This document shows, piece by piece, positions 27,615-41,751 of a stretch of 64,000 nucleotides of DNA. Every line of letters starts with the position of its first letter. The stretch's first letter is position 1. The stretch is taken from NCBI GenBank assembly GCA_965216315.1, contig CBDCFN010000015.1, forward strand, positions 288,001 to 352,000, in the 5' to 3' direction. Source of the DNA: a bacterium. GTDB taxonomy: Bacteria; UBA10199; 2-02-FULL-50-16; JAJFLM01. The notes under the pieces were generated by a model that saw only the letters and a list, made by a program, of their open reading frames with translations, ran no database searches and was not told where the DNA came from. The position numbers and the translations under genes are program-made.

Positions 27615-28847
27615 CTAGCAAACCGTGAGGACACGGCGGAGCTTGTGCAACGCCGCGTGGGTCGTCGTAACCTTGAAGTAATGACGGCCGTAGGGGAAGT
27701 GATACTCCTTCACCTTCACTTCATCGGGTGTCGCCACGGCGATGAAGACCGTACCGACGGGTTTCTGCTCGGTCCCGCCGTCGGGCCCCGCAATACCGGT
27801 GACGGCGATCCCGTAAGTCGTGCCCGCGCGTTCGCGCAGTCCTTGCGCCATTTCGGTCGCGACCTCGGCACTGACCGCACCGAATTTCTCTAAGGTCTCG
27901 GCCTGGACCCCGAGCAGTTGTTGCTTGGCCTCGTTGGCATAGGTCACGAGCCCTTGCACGAAGTATTTGGAACTCCCCGGCACGTCCGTGACCGTGCTCG
28001 CGATCATCCCACCGGTACAGGACTCGGCGACCGCCAGGGTCTCCCCGCGCTCCGTCAAGTGATGTCCGACCACGGCCTCGACCGTATCATCATCGGTCGC
28101 ATAGATAAAACGGCCGATGCGTTCGCGGATGAAGGTTTCGGCCTGCTGCATGGCCTCGGTGACGTGGTCGTCCGCGTCGTGCCAGCAGGCGATCTTGATC
28201 AGGATCTCGGGAAACTTGATGCGATAACTCAAGCGAACCTTTGCAAAGTCAAACTCCTTGAGGGCCTCTTGCAGATTGGCCTCGGGGGCACCGAAGCAGC
28301 GAAAGATCCTTTGCTCGAAGGACTTGGGTTTTTCGTCCAGACTCTGCAAAAAGGGCCAAACGTCACGCTCCCATTGTTCGTGCATCTCCGACGGCACCCC
28401 AACGAGGAAGATAAAGTGGGTGCCCTGCTCCTCCATCCGACAACCGGGCGCCGTCCCTTTAAGGTTAGGGAACATCACGCTCCCTTCCGGGTGCAGGGCC
28501 TGCTTGGCCTGAGAGGCATTCATCTCCCGCCCAATGACTTTGAGTTGTTCTTCAATCGCGTGGAGGGCCGCGTCGTCCTGAATGAGGGGGCGTTGAAACG
28601 TTTCGGCGGCCACTTCGAGCGTTCGATCGTCACTCGTCGGTCCGAGCCCGCCGGTGACAACAACGATGTCCGAGCGCAAGGCTTCCCGGAAGGCTGCGCT
28701 CATGTCTTCAGGTTTGTCGAGGGTGGTCACGTGATGGTGGACATCGTAACCGGCATTCCAGAGTCTTGTGGTCAGCCACTGAAAGTTGGTGTCCAGGACG
28801 TCGCCGGACATTAACTCATCGCCGATCGTGATGATTTCTGCTTTCAT
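27615..28847 (-). CDS. cinA: Competence/damage-inducible CinA (molybdopterin-binding-like plus PncC domains)
   Basis: GDEL...DTN, TGGLGPTSDDRT, AVAESCTGG, GIAVTGIAGPDGG. Confidence 0.95.
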   Translation of the reverse strand: MKAEIITIGDELMSGDVLDTNFQWLTTRLWNAGYDVHHHVTTLDKPEDMSAAFREALRSDIVVVTGGLGPTSDDRTLEVAAETFQRPLIQDDAALHAIEEQLKVIGREMNASQAKQALHPEGSVMFPNLKGTAPGCRMEEQGTHFIFLVGVPSEMHEQWERDVWPFLQSLDEKPKSFEQRIFRCFGAPEANLQEALKEFDFAKVRLSYRIKFPEILIKIACWHDADDHVTEAMQQAETFIRERIGRFIYATDDDTVEAVVGHHLTERGETLAVAESCTGGMIASTVTDVPGSSKYFVQGLVTYANEAKQQLLGVQAETLEKFGAVSAEVATEMAQGLRERAGTTYGIAVTGIAGPDGGTEQKPVGTVFIAVATPDEVKVKEYHFPYGRHYFKVTTTHAALHKLRRVLTVC

Positions 28848-28856
28848 AGTATTTGG

Positions 28857-28938
28857 TTCCCTCCCCTTACAAAGGGGAGGGCTAGGGAGAGGTCTTTCAA
28901 TGACCTCCCCTTAATCCCCTCCTTTGTAAGGAGGGGAG
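28857..28938 (+). repeat. Cruciform intergenic repeat, copy 1
   Basis: CCCTCCCCTTACAAAGGGGAGGG...CCCCTCCTTTGTAAGGAGGGGA; diverged relative of copies 2 and 3. Confidence 0.9.
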
Positions 28939-28939
28939 A

Positions 28940-29401
28940 TCAATTTGCATACATATACCAAAGCGAGAGCCCGATCTGCAGTACGATATTTGCGAAGGCC
29001 CCCGCCACGACATCATCGATGACAACGCCCCAGCCCCCTTTGAGGCGCTGGCTCTGATAGATCGGCGGCGGCTTGGTAATATCAAAGAGGCGAAACAGAA
29101 TAAACCCGGCCAGCGCCGTCATCCAATTGAAGGGGATCGCGATAAAGGTCACGACCATGCCCGCGATCTCGTCGATCACGATCTTCTGACAATCCTTCTC
29201 GCCGAAGACGCCTTCCGCCTGGGCCGAGACCCAGATCGAGAACAGAATAAACGCGAAGGCGAAAACCAGATACTGCAGTATCGTCAACGACTGCACGGCC
29301 CAGATCAACGGCAGGGCCAAGGTCGAGCCGAAGGTCCCGGGCCCCAGCGGGCTATACCCGAGGCCGAGGCCGGTTGCCAATGTCTTAATGAGTATTTTCA
29401 T
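28940..29401 (-). CDS. pgpA: Phosphatidylglycerophosphatase A
   Basis: PGTFGS, IVIDEIAG, FRLFDITKP, GWGVVIDDVVAG. Confidence 0.95.
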   Translation of the reverse strand: MKILIKTLATGLGLGYSPLGPGTFGSTLALPLIWAVQSLTILQYLVFAFAFILFSIWVSAQAEGVFGEKDCQKIVIDEIAGMVVTFIAIPFNWMTALAGFILFRLFDITKPPPIYQSQRLKGGWGVVIDDVVAGAFANIVLQIGLSLWYMYAN

Positions 29402-30524
29402 GGATCTAACATCACCATATCATCGCGGTGAATCACTTCATCCGCGTAACGATAGCCCAAGATCTTCTCGATCTCGCTCGACTTACACCCCTTGATCTTG
29501 TCGAGCTCGGCGGCGCTGTAAGCGACGAGGCCACGGGCGAGGACCTTGCCGCGGCTCGTGACGATATCGACCGGATCACCGATCTTAAAAGCCCCTTCCA
29601 CTTGCTTGATCCCCGAGGCCAAGAGTGACTTGCGGCCTTTCACGACCGCATCGGCGGCCCCACGGTCCAACACGATCTTGCCGGCCGCCTTGAGCGTAAA
29701 GCCAATCCAGTGTTTGCGCGCCTTGAGGCCCTGTTCGCTGGGCAGAAAGAGCGTCCCGATATCCTCGCCCTTGATCGCCTTCAAGGGCGCCTTGGCGTCG
29801 TTCCCGTCGGCAATGATCGTCGGAATGCCGGAACGTCCGGCTATGCGCGCCGCCTCGATCTTAGTCGTCATGCCCCCGACGCGCGTCTCCCACGATGACC
29901 CCTGTGCCATGGCCTGGGTCTTGGTATCGATGTCTTTCACGACGTGGACGCGCTCGGCCGCTGGGTCATGGCGGGGATCGCCGGTGTGCAGCCCGTCGCA
30001 ATCCGTCAACAAGAGGAGCAGGTCCGCCTCAATCAAACTCGCGACGACCGCGGCCAGGGTATCGTTATCACCGACCTTGATCTCATCGACAGAGACCGTA
30101 TCGTTCTCGTTGACGATAGGCACGACCCCGCGCCGGAGCAACTCGCCCAAGGTATGTTTGGTATTGATGTAGCGCTTCCGGTTCTGCAGATCCTCTTGCG
30201 TCAGTAAGACCTGTGCCGTGTGCAGGCCATGACGCGCGAAAATCTTTTCGTAGGTTTGCACAAGACTCGCCTGGCCGCTCGCCGCACAGGCCTGCAGTTC
30301 GGCGATAGCATGGGGCCGCTTTTTAAAGCCGAGCTTCTTCATCCCACAGGCAATCGAACCGGAGGAGACGAGGACGAGCTGTAACTTCTCCCGCTCGCGC
30401 AGCTGCACGAAGGTACGCGCCAGGCCCTTGAAGACCTTGTCTTGGAGCCCGCCCTCCGGATCGGCGAGTACGCTCGAACCGATCTTGATGACGATGCGCT
30501 TGAGTTTTTTAAGATTTCTTTTCA

Positions 30525-30525
<1 letters not shown>
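29398..30525 (-). CDS. proB: Glutamate 5-kinase with PUA domain
   Basis: VIKIGSS, VSSGSI, NENDTV, GDNDTL, GGMTTK. Confidence 0.97.
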
Positions 30526-31732
<1,207 letters not shown>

Positions 31733-31759
31733 ACCAAATAAATTAATTTATTAAGGAGA

Positions 31760-32014
31760 TTAAGCCGATCTGACGTGGACCTTCGTATTGCCCTTGCCGA
31801 ACTTCTGAAATTCGACCTGACCGTCGACCTTGGAAAAGAGCGTATTATCGCCACCCATGCCGACATTTTCACCGGCCTTGAAGGGGGTGCCCCGTTGACG
31901 CAAGATAATTCCGCCGGCGCGGATCGCCTGACCGCCGTAGACTTTGATGCCAAGCCGTTGCGCGTTACTGTCGCGCCCGTTTTTTGAGGATCCACCTGCC
32001 TTTTTATGAGCCAT
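31760..32014 (-). CDS. rpmA: 50S ribosomal protein L27
   Basis: [16 protein letters not shown]. Confidence 0.98.
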   Translation of the reverse strand: MAHKKAGGSSKNGRDSNAQRLGIKVYGGQAIRAGGIILRQRGTPFKAGENVGMGGDNTLFSKVDGQVEFQKFGKGNTKVHVRSA

Positions 32015-32024
32015 CTGATAATCC

Positions 32025-32336
32025 TTATGCGATCTTGAGAATTTTGAGGGTCGTCTCCAACTGACGATGCCCCTGCTTCTTGCTATAACCTTTACGACGC
32101 TTCTTTTTAAAAACCGTTATCTTGGGGGCTTTGCCTTGGTCCACGACCTCGGCCTCGACCTTGGCGCCTTCGACTTGTGGGGTCCCAATCGTAGACTTCC
32201 CCTGTTTACTGACCATCAGCACTTCGTCCAGGCTCACCTTAGCGCCCACCTCACCGGCGAGCTTCTCCACGACGATCTGGTCGCCTTCCTGGACCCGGTA
32301 CTGCTTACCACCTGTCTGTATAATTGCGTACGTCAT
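32025..32336 (-). CDS. rplU: 50S ribosomal protein L21
   Basis: [15 protein letters not shown]...GHRQ. Confidence 0.98.
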   Translation of the reverse strand: MTYAIIQTGGKQYRVQEGDQIVVEKLAGEVGAKVSLDEVLMVSKQGKSTIGTPQVEGAKVEAEVVDQGKAPKITVFKKKRRKGYSKKQGHRQLETTLKILKIA

Positions 32337-32474
32337 AATTATCTCAATCGCGGCGGGTGACGCGAGCAATCCTTTGGACCGTCACTTCAGACGCAGCCAA
32401 AGGATTGCGAATGCGGCAGGACCCGCCCAAATGCTAAAACCGACGGATCCTGGTACAAGGACTGTGGATAAAAG

Positions 32475-34010
32475 TCAAGGTCGCCAGTCCTCCTCGGCTG
32501 CCACCTCCCCATCGATAATCTCATATTGTTCCTGATGATAGTCCTCACGGACCGTAATTTGGAGCTTTTTGTGGGTTTTTTGCTCCCAATCGACGAGACC
32601 TGCCTGCTCTTCGTTGATCAAGGTGTCGCCGACGGCCGGATTCACGAGTACCGTCACGACATCGTCGAGAAAGTCCGGGGCCTCGCGTTTGAGCTCCCGA
32701 AAGATCTCCTGGCAGACCGAGGTCTTACTCTTGAGATAGCCCCGCTCATCGCAATAAAAGCAGGGCTCCGTCATCATGCGACCCAGACTCTCCCGGGTCC
32801 GTTTGCGCGTCATTTCAACCAGACCCAATTCGGTTATCTTGGTAATCGTCACACGGGAACGATCCTCCCGGAAGACCTCTTTGCAGGCCTGATAAACCTT
32901 TTCCCGGTTGGCCGGCCGCGCCATATCGATAAAATCAATGATGATAATCCCGCCGAGATCGCGCAGCCGCAGCTGATAGGCGATCTCCTTACAGGCCTCG
33001 AGGTTTGTCTTGAGGATCGTGTCTTCAAGGTTGCGTTTGCCGACGAATTTGCCGGTATTAACGTCAATCGAGGTCAGGGCCTCGGTCTGTTCGATGATGA
33101 TGTACCCGCCGCTCTTGAGCCAGACCTTCTTGCCTAAGGCGCGGCTGATCTCGATCTCAATCCCGAAGGCGTCAAAAATCGGCTCCGGATCCTCGTAGAG
33201 ATCGACCCGGTTTTGCATGCGCGGCATGAAGGTCGAAATAAAATCGCGGATGCGCTCAAACTCGTCTGCTGAGTCGATAACGACCTTTTCGATATCGGCC
33301 GTAAAGAGATCCCGCACGGCGCGTAACGAGATATCCAGCTCCTTATGGACCAGCGCGGGAGACGGTTGCTGCTGGGCCTCGGTTCGGATGTCTTCCATGA
33401 GTTTGATCAGATAATCGCGATCGCTGAGCAGCTCTTCTTCCGACACGCCTTCGCTGACGGTCCGGGCAATCAGCCCGCCCCGCTTGGGGCGTCCCTTGTC
33501 GAGTATCTTGCGTAAGCGATAGCGCTCCTCATCTTCGCGAATACGGGAGGAAACCCCGATATGCTCGATGGTGGGCATGTAGACGAGATAACGCCCGGGC
33601 AAGCTGATGTGTCCGGTCAGGCGTGCTCCCTTGGTCCCGATCGGGTCCCGTGCCACCTGGACAAGGATGTCCTGCCCTTCTTTAACGAGGTCCTGGATCT
33701 GCGGCATCCCCCGGCCCCCGCGGCGCCGGACCCGTGGCGGCCGGCCTTGTTCACCGTTCTCGAGCGAGGCGACATCGATCGCATCGCGGGCAATGTCACT
33801 GACATATAAAAAGGCGGTCCGTTCCAGACCGACCTCGAGAAAAGCGGCCTGCATGCCGGGCAGCACACGGACGATCTTCCCCTTGTAAATATTCCCGGTA
33901 TAGCCGGATTCTTTGGATCGCTCGATGAGGAGTTCGGAGATCGCCCCGTTTTCAAGGCGCGCCACCCGAGTCTCCGTCGGGGTGACGTTCATCACGAGTT
34001 CGCTTTTCAT
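32475..34010 (-). CDS. rng: Rne/Rng family ribonuclease (RNase G)
   Basis: GNIYKGKIVRVLPGMQAAF, IDVNTG, GGIIIIDFIDM, EMTRKR, CxxC. Confidence 0.93.
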   Translation of the reverse strand: MKSELVMNVTPTETRVARLENGAISELLIERSKESGYTGNIYKGKIVRVLPGMQAAFLEVGLERTAFLYVSDIARDAIDVASLENGEQGRPPRVRRRGGRGMPQIQDLVKEGQDILVQVARDPIGTKGARLTGHISLPGRYLVYMPTIEHIGVSSRIREDEERYRLRKILDKGRPKRGGLIARTVSEGVSEEELLSDRDYLIKLMEDIRTEAQQQPSPALVHKELDISLRAVRDLFTADIEKVVIDSADEFERIRDFISTFMPRMQNRVDLYEDPEPIFDAFGIEIEISRALGKKVWLKSGGYIIIEQTEALTSIDVNTGKFVGKRNLEDTILKTNLEACKEIAYQLRLRDLGGIIIIDFIDMARPANREKVYQACKEVFREDRSRVTITKITELGLVEMTRKRTRESLGRMMTEPCFYCDERGYLKSKTSVCQEIFRELKREAPDFLDDVVTVLVNPAVGDTLINEEQAGLVDWEQKTHKKLQITVREDYHQEQYEIIDGEVAAEEDWRP

Positions 34011-34143
34011 ACAGCTAACCTGCTTTCACTCTTTTAGGACCAGCGGCTCGTGAAGACGGATTGAATTGAAAAACACTATGTTATGGCGAGTCTTATGCTG
34101 GCGCTTGCTAAATCCGTCGTATTCTCCCTATCTATACCATGTC

Positions 34144-34788
34144 ATGGCTGAGACGCAAGAACGGATCAAAAACCGCGTCGCCACGCACCTGCTCGAGGCC
34201 GGCTGCGTCGTAATCAAGTCCAAACCCAGCTTTCGTTGGGCCTCGGGCCTCCATTCGCCGATTTATACGGATAACCGGCTCCTGCTCAGTGATCCCCGGC
34301 GTCGCCATGCCGTCGCCACCGCCTTTCTGGACGTCATTAAACAAGAAAAACTACGCTGCGATGTCGTCGCCGGCGTTGCCACCTCGGGAATCCCCATGGC
34401 CACGATCTTGGCGGAACGGCTTGGCAAACCGCTCGTCTATGTCCGGCCTCAAGCCAAGGCCCACGGCAAAGGGCGACAGATCGAAGGGGCTGTTAAAAAG
34501 GGCGCCCGTGTCCTCTTGATTGAGGACCTCATCAGTACGGGCGGCTCCAGTCTCAATGCCGCCCGGGCCCTCCGCAAGGCGGGTGCCAAGCTCGATACCG
34601 TCCTAGCGATTTTTGCCTACCTCCCCGCGCTCGCCCAGCGGCGTTTTGCCCGCTCACGCATCCAACTGCAACTGCTGACGGATGTCGCGGCGGTGCTGCG
34701 CGTCGGACGCCGGCGCCAACGGATCAGTGCCAAGGCGCAACAAGCCACCGAAACCTTTCTGGACCAACTCGCGGCGCACTTAAAATAA
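34144..34788 (+). CDS. pyrE: Orotate phosphoribosyltransferase
   Basis: WASGLHSPIYTDNR, LIEDLISTGGS; start set at MAETQERI. Confidence 0.95.
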   Translation: MAETQERIKNRVATHLLEAGCVVIKSKPSFRWASGLHSPIYTDNRLLLSDPRRRHAVATAFLDVIKQEKLRCDVVAGVATSGIPMATILAERLGKPLVYVRPQAKAHGKGRQIEGAVKKGARVLLIEDLISTGGSSLNAARALRKAGAKLDTVLAIFAYLPALAQRRFARSRIQLQLLTDVAAVLRVGRRRQRISAKAQQATETFLDQLAAHLK

Positions 34789-35784
34789 GGGAATTCCATC
34801 GATGGCGGTCGGGCTGACAAATTCATAGGCCATTGTCGGCAACGACTTGAGCTCGCGGGCGAGCAACCAATCCCGCCCCTTCTTTCGATAGAGCTGCAGT
34901 TTGAGCTGCGCCGTATCCGTACGGTAAGCAAAGCGCGAAGAGCCGTCGGTATCGCGCAGCTCTTGGCCACTGATCTGCTGCGGATTGACAAAGACGTCCC
35001 CAATGAAACGACGGCGGCCCGTATCACTTTCAACGTGCCACCGGTCCACGTGCCCCTGACTCAAATTGCGCCGCAACCGCCAGATGCGATTGAGCCGGTA
35101 TTCCTTGCCCGAAATAATGATACGAAACTGGCTCGTACGCGGATAGCGGCCTTTCTTGCGCTGAAAACGATAAGACAGCCCTTCAAAAGAAGTCGCGGCG
35201 TAGCCCTCGAACTGCGCGACTTGTCCCCAGCACCAACTTTCCGGATAGCGCCGGCCCCAATGATGAGACTGATAACCGGGGATGCCGTTAATTTCATAAC
35301 GCACCTCCCCCCAGCGCAGCCAGCCACTCACGTGGATCTCCGGATTGGGGGCGACGAGTTTGAAGAGCGGGGCATTGACGCGGTACAAACTGCGCAGGGG
35401 CAGGTAGCGAAAGACCTTTTCGGACGGTTCCCACTGCAACTGCCACTCCAGGCTCTTGCCATCGATCTCCAAGCGTCCATGACTCCCATTGTGGTAAAAC
35501 TCCCCACCCGCCACGGAAAAGTAAAAAATATCCGACTCGATGCGCGCGTGCTCGAGTGAATAGGTCTGATTGATGCAGAGACTGCGCTGCGGTCCGCTCC
35601 CATCATAGAGGTGAAACCACAGCGCGGCCTGGTCCTCCAACTCGGCCCCGAGTGACACCTCCTGCCGGTACCATAAGGCCAACGGGCGGGTGGGATCGCA
35701 GCATCGTAAGGTATAGCTCTCGAGAAAGTTTTTTTGGCCTTTATTGCGAGGAAGGTTCCAGGATTCCGTACCAGAGAGGATCAT
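34780..35784 (-). CDS. Tocopherol-cyclase-like / AttH-like beta-rich protein
   Basis: GYQSHHWGRRYPESWCWGQ resembles the family's xNWGxxFPxxWxW motif. Confidence 0.55.
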   Translation of the reverse strand: MILSGTESWNLPRNKGQKNFLESYTLRCCDPTRPLALWYRQEVSLGAELEDQAALWFHLYDGSGPQRSLCINQTYSLEHARIESDIFYFSVAGGEFYHNGSHGRLEIDGKSLEWQLQWEPSEKVFRYLPLRSLYRVNAPLFKLVAPNPEIHVSGWLRWGEVRYEINGIPGYQSHHWGRRYPESWCWGQVAQFEGYAATSFEGLSYRFQRKKGRYPRTSQFRIIISGKEYRLNRIWRLRRNLSQGHVDRWHVESDTGRRRFIGDVFVNPQQISGQELRDTDGSSRFAYRTDTAQLKLQLYRKKGRDWLLARELKSLPTMAYEFVSPTAIDGIPLF

Positions 35785-35832
35785 TGTATCTTATTAATAT
35801 CATAAACGAATTCTAAAATCCCCCCTCTGGCC

Positions 35833-36347
35833 TTAAAACAGGAGAAAGGTAATATACACGATGATACCTAAGCCAATACAGGTCTTGGCAAACAGCGCCA
35901 CGACCTGGGAGCACAAGGTCGCGAAGGCAATTTTGATGGCCCCTCCGGCGGTCGTCTTTTCAAAGATCAGGGCATAGAGAAAGGCCCCCATAAAAACACC
36001 GACGAGAAGACCGAGCAGGGAGCCAATCAAAAAGATCGGTACGCCGATGAAAACCCCAATCAGGCCCCCAATAATCGCCGCTATGATCGCCCCGTTAGAA
36101 ACCTTAGCCAGCTTACCGCCGACGATACGGACCCCTAATTCGATCAGCTCGCCCACCCCGGCCATGGCCGCAATAATAATTAATGCCGTCCATTCCGAAC
36201 CATCGGGACTGAGATCGCTAACGAGGGCAAAGACCGCCGCCGCGGCAAACATGATCCAATTGCCGGGAAACCCTAAGGGAACAATAATCAGACCGAGGAA
36301 GAGAACGAGATAAAGAAGACCGATTCCGGAGGCGTAGAGCCAGGCCA

Positions 36348-36348
<1 letters not shown>
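35833..36348 (-). CDS. DUF456-like membrane protein
   Basis: Hydrophobic; PLGFPG and AIIGGLIG motifs. Confidence 0.75.
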
Positions 36349-38825
<2,477 letters not shown>

Positions 38826-38868
38826 TTACTAAAAGCGGGCTGACGCTAGCATAGCCATTCTCACAAGT

Positions 38869-39999
38869 CTAGAGTCTCATCGGCATAATCAGGGCCAGGA
38901 AACCCCGATCAAATTCGGAACGCATCAAGCAAGGGCTCAGTTCATCCCCCATCTCGAGCACGATTTGTTCGTCTTGAATGATGTTTAAGACATCCAGGAA
39001 ATAGCGGGCATTAAATCCCACCTGAAAGGTTTCGCCTTTGTATTCGGCCTCAAGGTCCTCGCGGACCTCACCCAGGTCAGGATTTGAAGAGCTAATTTCC
39101 AAGTGTCCCGGCGAGATGGAGAAGGACACCGGATGAGCCCGATCTTGAGCCATAATATCGGCCCGGCGCAGGGCCCCGATCAAGCTCTTGCGCGGGAGAG
39201 TGAGGGTGCGCTTATTGCCCTTGGGAACCACCTGGTCGTACTTAGGAAATTTGCCCTCAATCAGCCGCACGAAGGCGGTCAATTGGAGCTCATCGGCGTC
39301 GGCTTCCCGCACAACCATGAGCTCACGTTTCCCCAGACCCAACTTGAGACCCGCGCCTGCCTCTTCGGCAAGCTTCTTCAAGAGACTGAGTCCCTTGCGC
39401 GGGACAATGACCCCCTCCTCCAATTTGAACGACTTTTCCACCTCACGATCAATGTACGACAAACGATGCCCATCGGTCGCTACCATCCGCAGGATCGCCT
39501 TTTTATCCGAACCGGTCGGTCGCTCCAGATAAACCCCATTGAGGGCATAACGGGATTCATCCGTGCTCACGGCGTAGGAAGTCTTATCGATCATCTCCAT
39601 CAGTTGAGATCCGGAAAAGCCAACCAGGGTGTGATCCGAACTATCCGGAAAGGCGGGAAATTCCGCGGGCGGCATCCCCAGGACTTTAAATTCACTCTTC
39701 CCGCTCGTTACCTCCACTGCGTCTTTTTGACCGGTCAGCTTGATTTCTTTCTGGGGGGCTTCGCGCACGATATCAAAGATGCCTTTGGCGTTGACGAGAA
39801 CACGGCCTTTTTTAAACACCTGGCACGGGGTATGAATTTTGAGACTCAACTCCAAGTCCGTTGCCAAGATGGCCAACCCTTTATCTTCTGCACTGAGGAG
39901 TACATTGGAGAGAACCGGCATTGCCGATTTCTTTTCGGCAATCCCTTGAGTCCATTTTAATGCCTCCAAAAAATCACTCTGTTTAATTTTGAGTTCCAT
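38869..39999 (-). CDS. dnaN: DNA polymerase III beta clamp
   Basis: ATDLE, VATDGHRL, GFNARY, LIMPMRL. Confidence 0.98.
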   Translation of the reverse strand: MELKIKQSDFLEALKWTQGIAEKKSAMPVLSNVLLSAEDKGLAILATDLELSLKIHTPCQVFKKGRVLVNAKGIFDIVREAPQKEIKLTGQKDAVEVTSGKSEFKVLGMPPAEFPAFPDSSDHTLVGFSGSQLMEMIDKTSYAVSTDESRYALNGVYLERPTGSDKKAILRMVATDGHRLSYIDREVEKSFKLEEGVIVPRKGLSLLKKLAEEAGAGLKLGLGKRELMVVREADADELQLTAFVRLIEGKFPKYDQVVPKGNKRTLTLPRKSLIGALRRADIMAQDRAHPVSFSISPGHLEISSSNPDLGEVREDLEAEYKGETFQVGFNARYFLDVLNIIQDEQIVLEMGDELSPCLMRSEFDRGFLALIMPMRL

Positions 40000-40020
40000 T
40001 CCTTAGTTCCCTCTTAACTC

Positions 40021-40240
40021 TTATATATTATTAATAAAATAGTAGTAGTCGGGTTAGGGCGTGTGAATTGCCGTGATAAGTTTGTAAGTGGCGAATGCAT
40101 CGTGACTTTTGCCTCGTATCGCTTGTGGAAAAAGCGGGGTTAACCCCATGTATGACGCGTGGGTAAACGGGAAGATATCCCAAGCGCTTTTTTATCCCCG
40201 CGTTTCGCCCTGTGTTATCCCAAGGCTGACGGGGATAACA
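40021..40240. other. oriC unwinding region (dnaA-dnaN intergenic)
   Basis: AT-rich 40021-40040; TAGTAGTAG trios at 40040-48; GC-rich spacer; DnaA-box-like 9-mers (TGTGAATTG, TGTGGAAAA 40124, TTATCCCCG 40192, TTATCCCAA 40215). Confidence 0.75.
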
Positions 40241-40280
40241 AATGAAAAAAGTAAATGGCCGAAATGAATTGGCTATTAGC

Positions 40281-40337
40281 TGTAGGGGTGCCCCTGGGCG
40301 CACCCGTCTTGCGGGTGGAGCAAGCACCGCCCCTACA
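40281..40337. repeat. GTAG-type REP-like inverted pair
   Basis: TGTAGGGG...CCCCTACA with internal hairpins, directly after the dnaA stop. Confidence 0.65.
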
Positions 40338-40338
40338 T

Positions 40339-41727
40339 TTATACGTTTAAACGCTGTTCGAGCTGGCTGATCTGTTGCTTGAGGGTCTCGTCTTCTTCGA
40401 GACAATTTTTGACTTTGGAACAGGCGTGGACGACCGTGGAATGGTCCTTGCCGCCAAACTTATTGCCGATCTCCGGGAAGGAGGCCTGGATGTGTTTCCG
40501 GCAGAGGTACATCGCGATCTGCCGTGGAAAGGCGAGGGAACGCGTGCGGCGTCGGCCTAACAGATCCGGAAGGCGGATTTGATAATATTCGGCGACGGTC
40601 TTTTGGACCTGGTCAAAGGTCAGTTGCTGTTGACCTGGTCCAAGGATGGACTGCAAGACTTCCTTGGCCAACTCGACCGTGATCGGTTGCCCGAGCAGCG
40701 AGGCGAAGGCTGAGAGCCGCACCAGTGACCCTTCGAGTTCCCGAATATTGGACTTGATCGAGGCCGCCAAAAAATGGGCGACGTCATCGGGCATGGAGAT
40801 GTGGGCGACATCCGCTTTCTTTTTGACGATGGCGACCCGGGTTTCCATATCCGGGATCTGGATGTCGGCAATGAGCCCCCACTGAAAGCGGGAGCGCAAG
40901 CGTTCCTCCAGGCCCGGGATGTCATTAGGCGAGCGATCACTCGAGAGAATGATCTGTTTGCCGCTATTATAGAGGCGGTCAAAAGTATGAAAGAATTCTT
41001 CTTGGGTCCGCTCCTTGCCGGCGATGAACTGAACATCATCGATGAGCAGCAGGTCACAGGAGTCACGGAAGATCTGGCGAAACTGATTCATGCGATCGAA
41101 GCGGATCGAATGGACCAGCTTATTGATAAACTGTTCGGAACTCACGTAGGCGATCCGGGTCGAGGGCTTGCGCCGCTTGATTTCCAGGCCGACCGCATTG
41201 AGTAAGTGGGTCTTCCCGAGCCCGACCCCCCCGTAGAGGAACAAGGGGTTGTAGTTACGGGCCGGTGATTCGGCGACCGAGCGGCAGGCGGCATGGGCAA
41301 ACTGATTGGAGGCGCCCACGACGAAATTCTGGAACGTATAACGTGGATTGAGCGTATACCCCTCCTGAGCCGATACGGCGGGAGGGGTCTCGAGCTGGGC
41401 CGCGGCCGCCAATTCACGGGTATGATCCGGTTCGGGTGGCTGGATGGACTCATCAATTTCAAAGCGAATGACGCGCGTCATTCCCGTCACTTCTTCGAGG
41501 GCTTTTTTGACCTCGAGCAGGAAGTGATCCTGGATCCAATCACGAATAAATTTATTGGGGATGGCGATCACAATCTCTGCGTCATCATCGCTGAAGCAAA
41601 CCGGCTTCACCTGGCGTTGCCAGGTCGCGTAGTGAACTTCACGGAGCCTTAACTTAAGGTTTTTATTGAGGTTTTCCCAGAGTGTGTCGTCTATAGGTGT
41701 TGGCATTTTGGGCGCAAAGATATCCAT
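40339..41727 (-). CDS. dnaA: Chromosomal replication initiator DnaA
   Basis: YNPLFLYGGVGLGKTHL, LLIDDVQF, RQIAMYL, GGKDHSTV. Start is 41727 or 41706, since the longer track ORF runs through DnaA boxes. Confidence 0.97.
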   Translation of the reverse strand: MDIFAPKMPTPIDDTLWENLNKNLKLRLREVHYATWQRQVKPVCFSDDDAEIVIAIPNKFIRDWIQDHFLLEVKKALEEVTGMTRVIRFEIDESIQPPEPDHTRELAAAAQLETPPAVSAQEGYTLNPRYTFQNFVVGASNQFAHAACRSVAESPARNYNPLFLYGGVGLGKTHLLNAVGLEIKRRKPSTRIAYVSSEQFINKLVHSIRFDRMNQFRQIFRDSCDLLLIDDVQFIAGKERTQEEFFHTFDRLYNSGKQIILSSDRSPNDIPGLEERLRSRFQWGLIADIQIPDMETRVAIVKKKADVAHISMPDDVAHFLAASIKSNIRELEGSLVRLSAFASLLGQPITVELAKEVLQSILGPGQQQLTFDQVQKTVAEYYQIRLPDLLGRRRTRSLAFPRQIAMYLCRKHIQASFPEIGNKFGGKDHSTVVHACSKVKNCLEEDETLKQQISQLEQRLNV

Positions 41728-41731
41728 ATGC

Positions 41732-41751
41732 TTATCCACAACTGTGGATAA
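41732..41751. promoter_or_regulatory. Inverted pair of perfect DnaA boxes upstream of dnaA
   Basis: TTATCCACA at 41732-40 and TGTGGATAA at 41743-51; an 8/9 box CTATCCACA at 41940. Confidence 0.85.
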
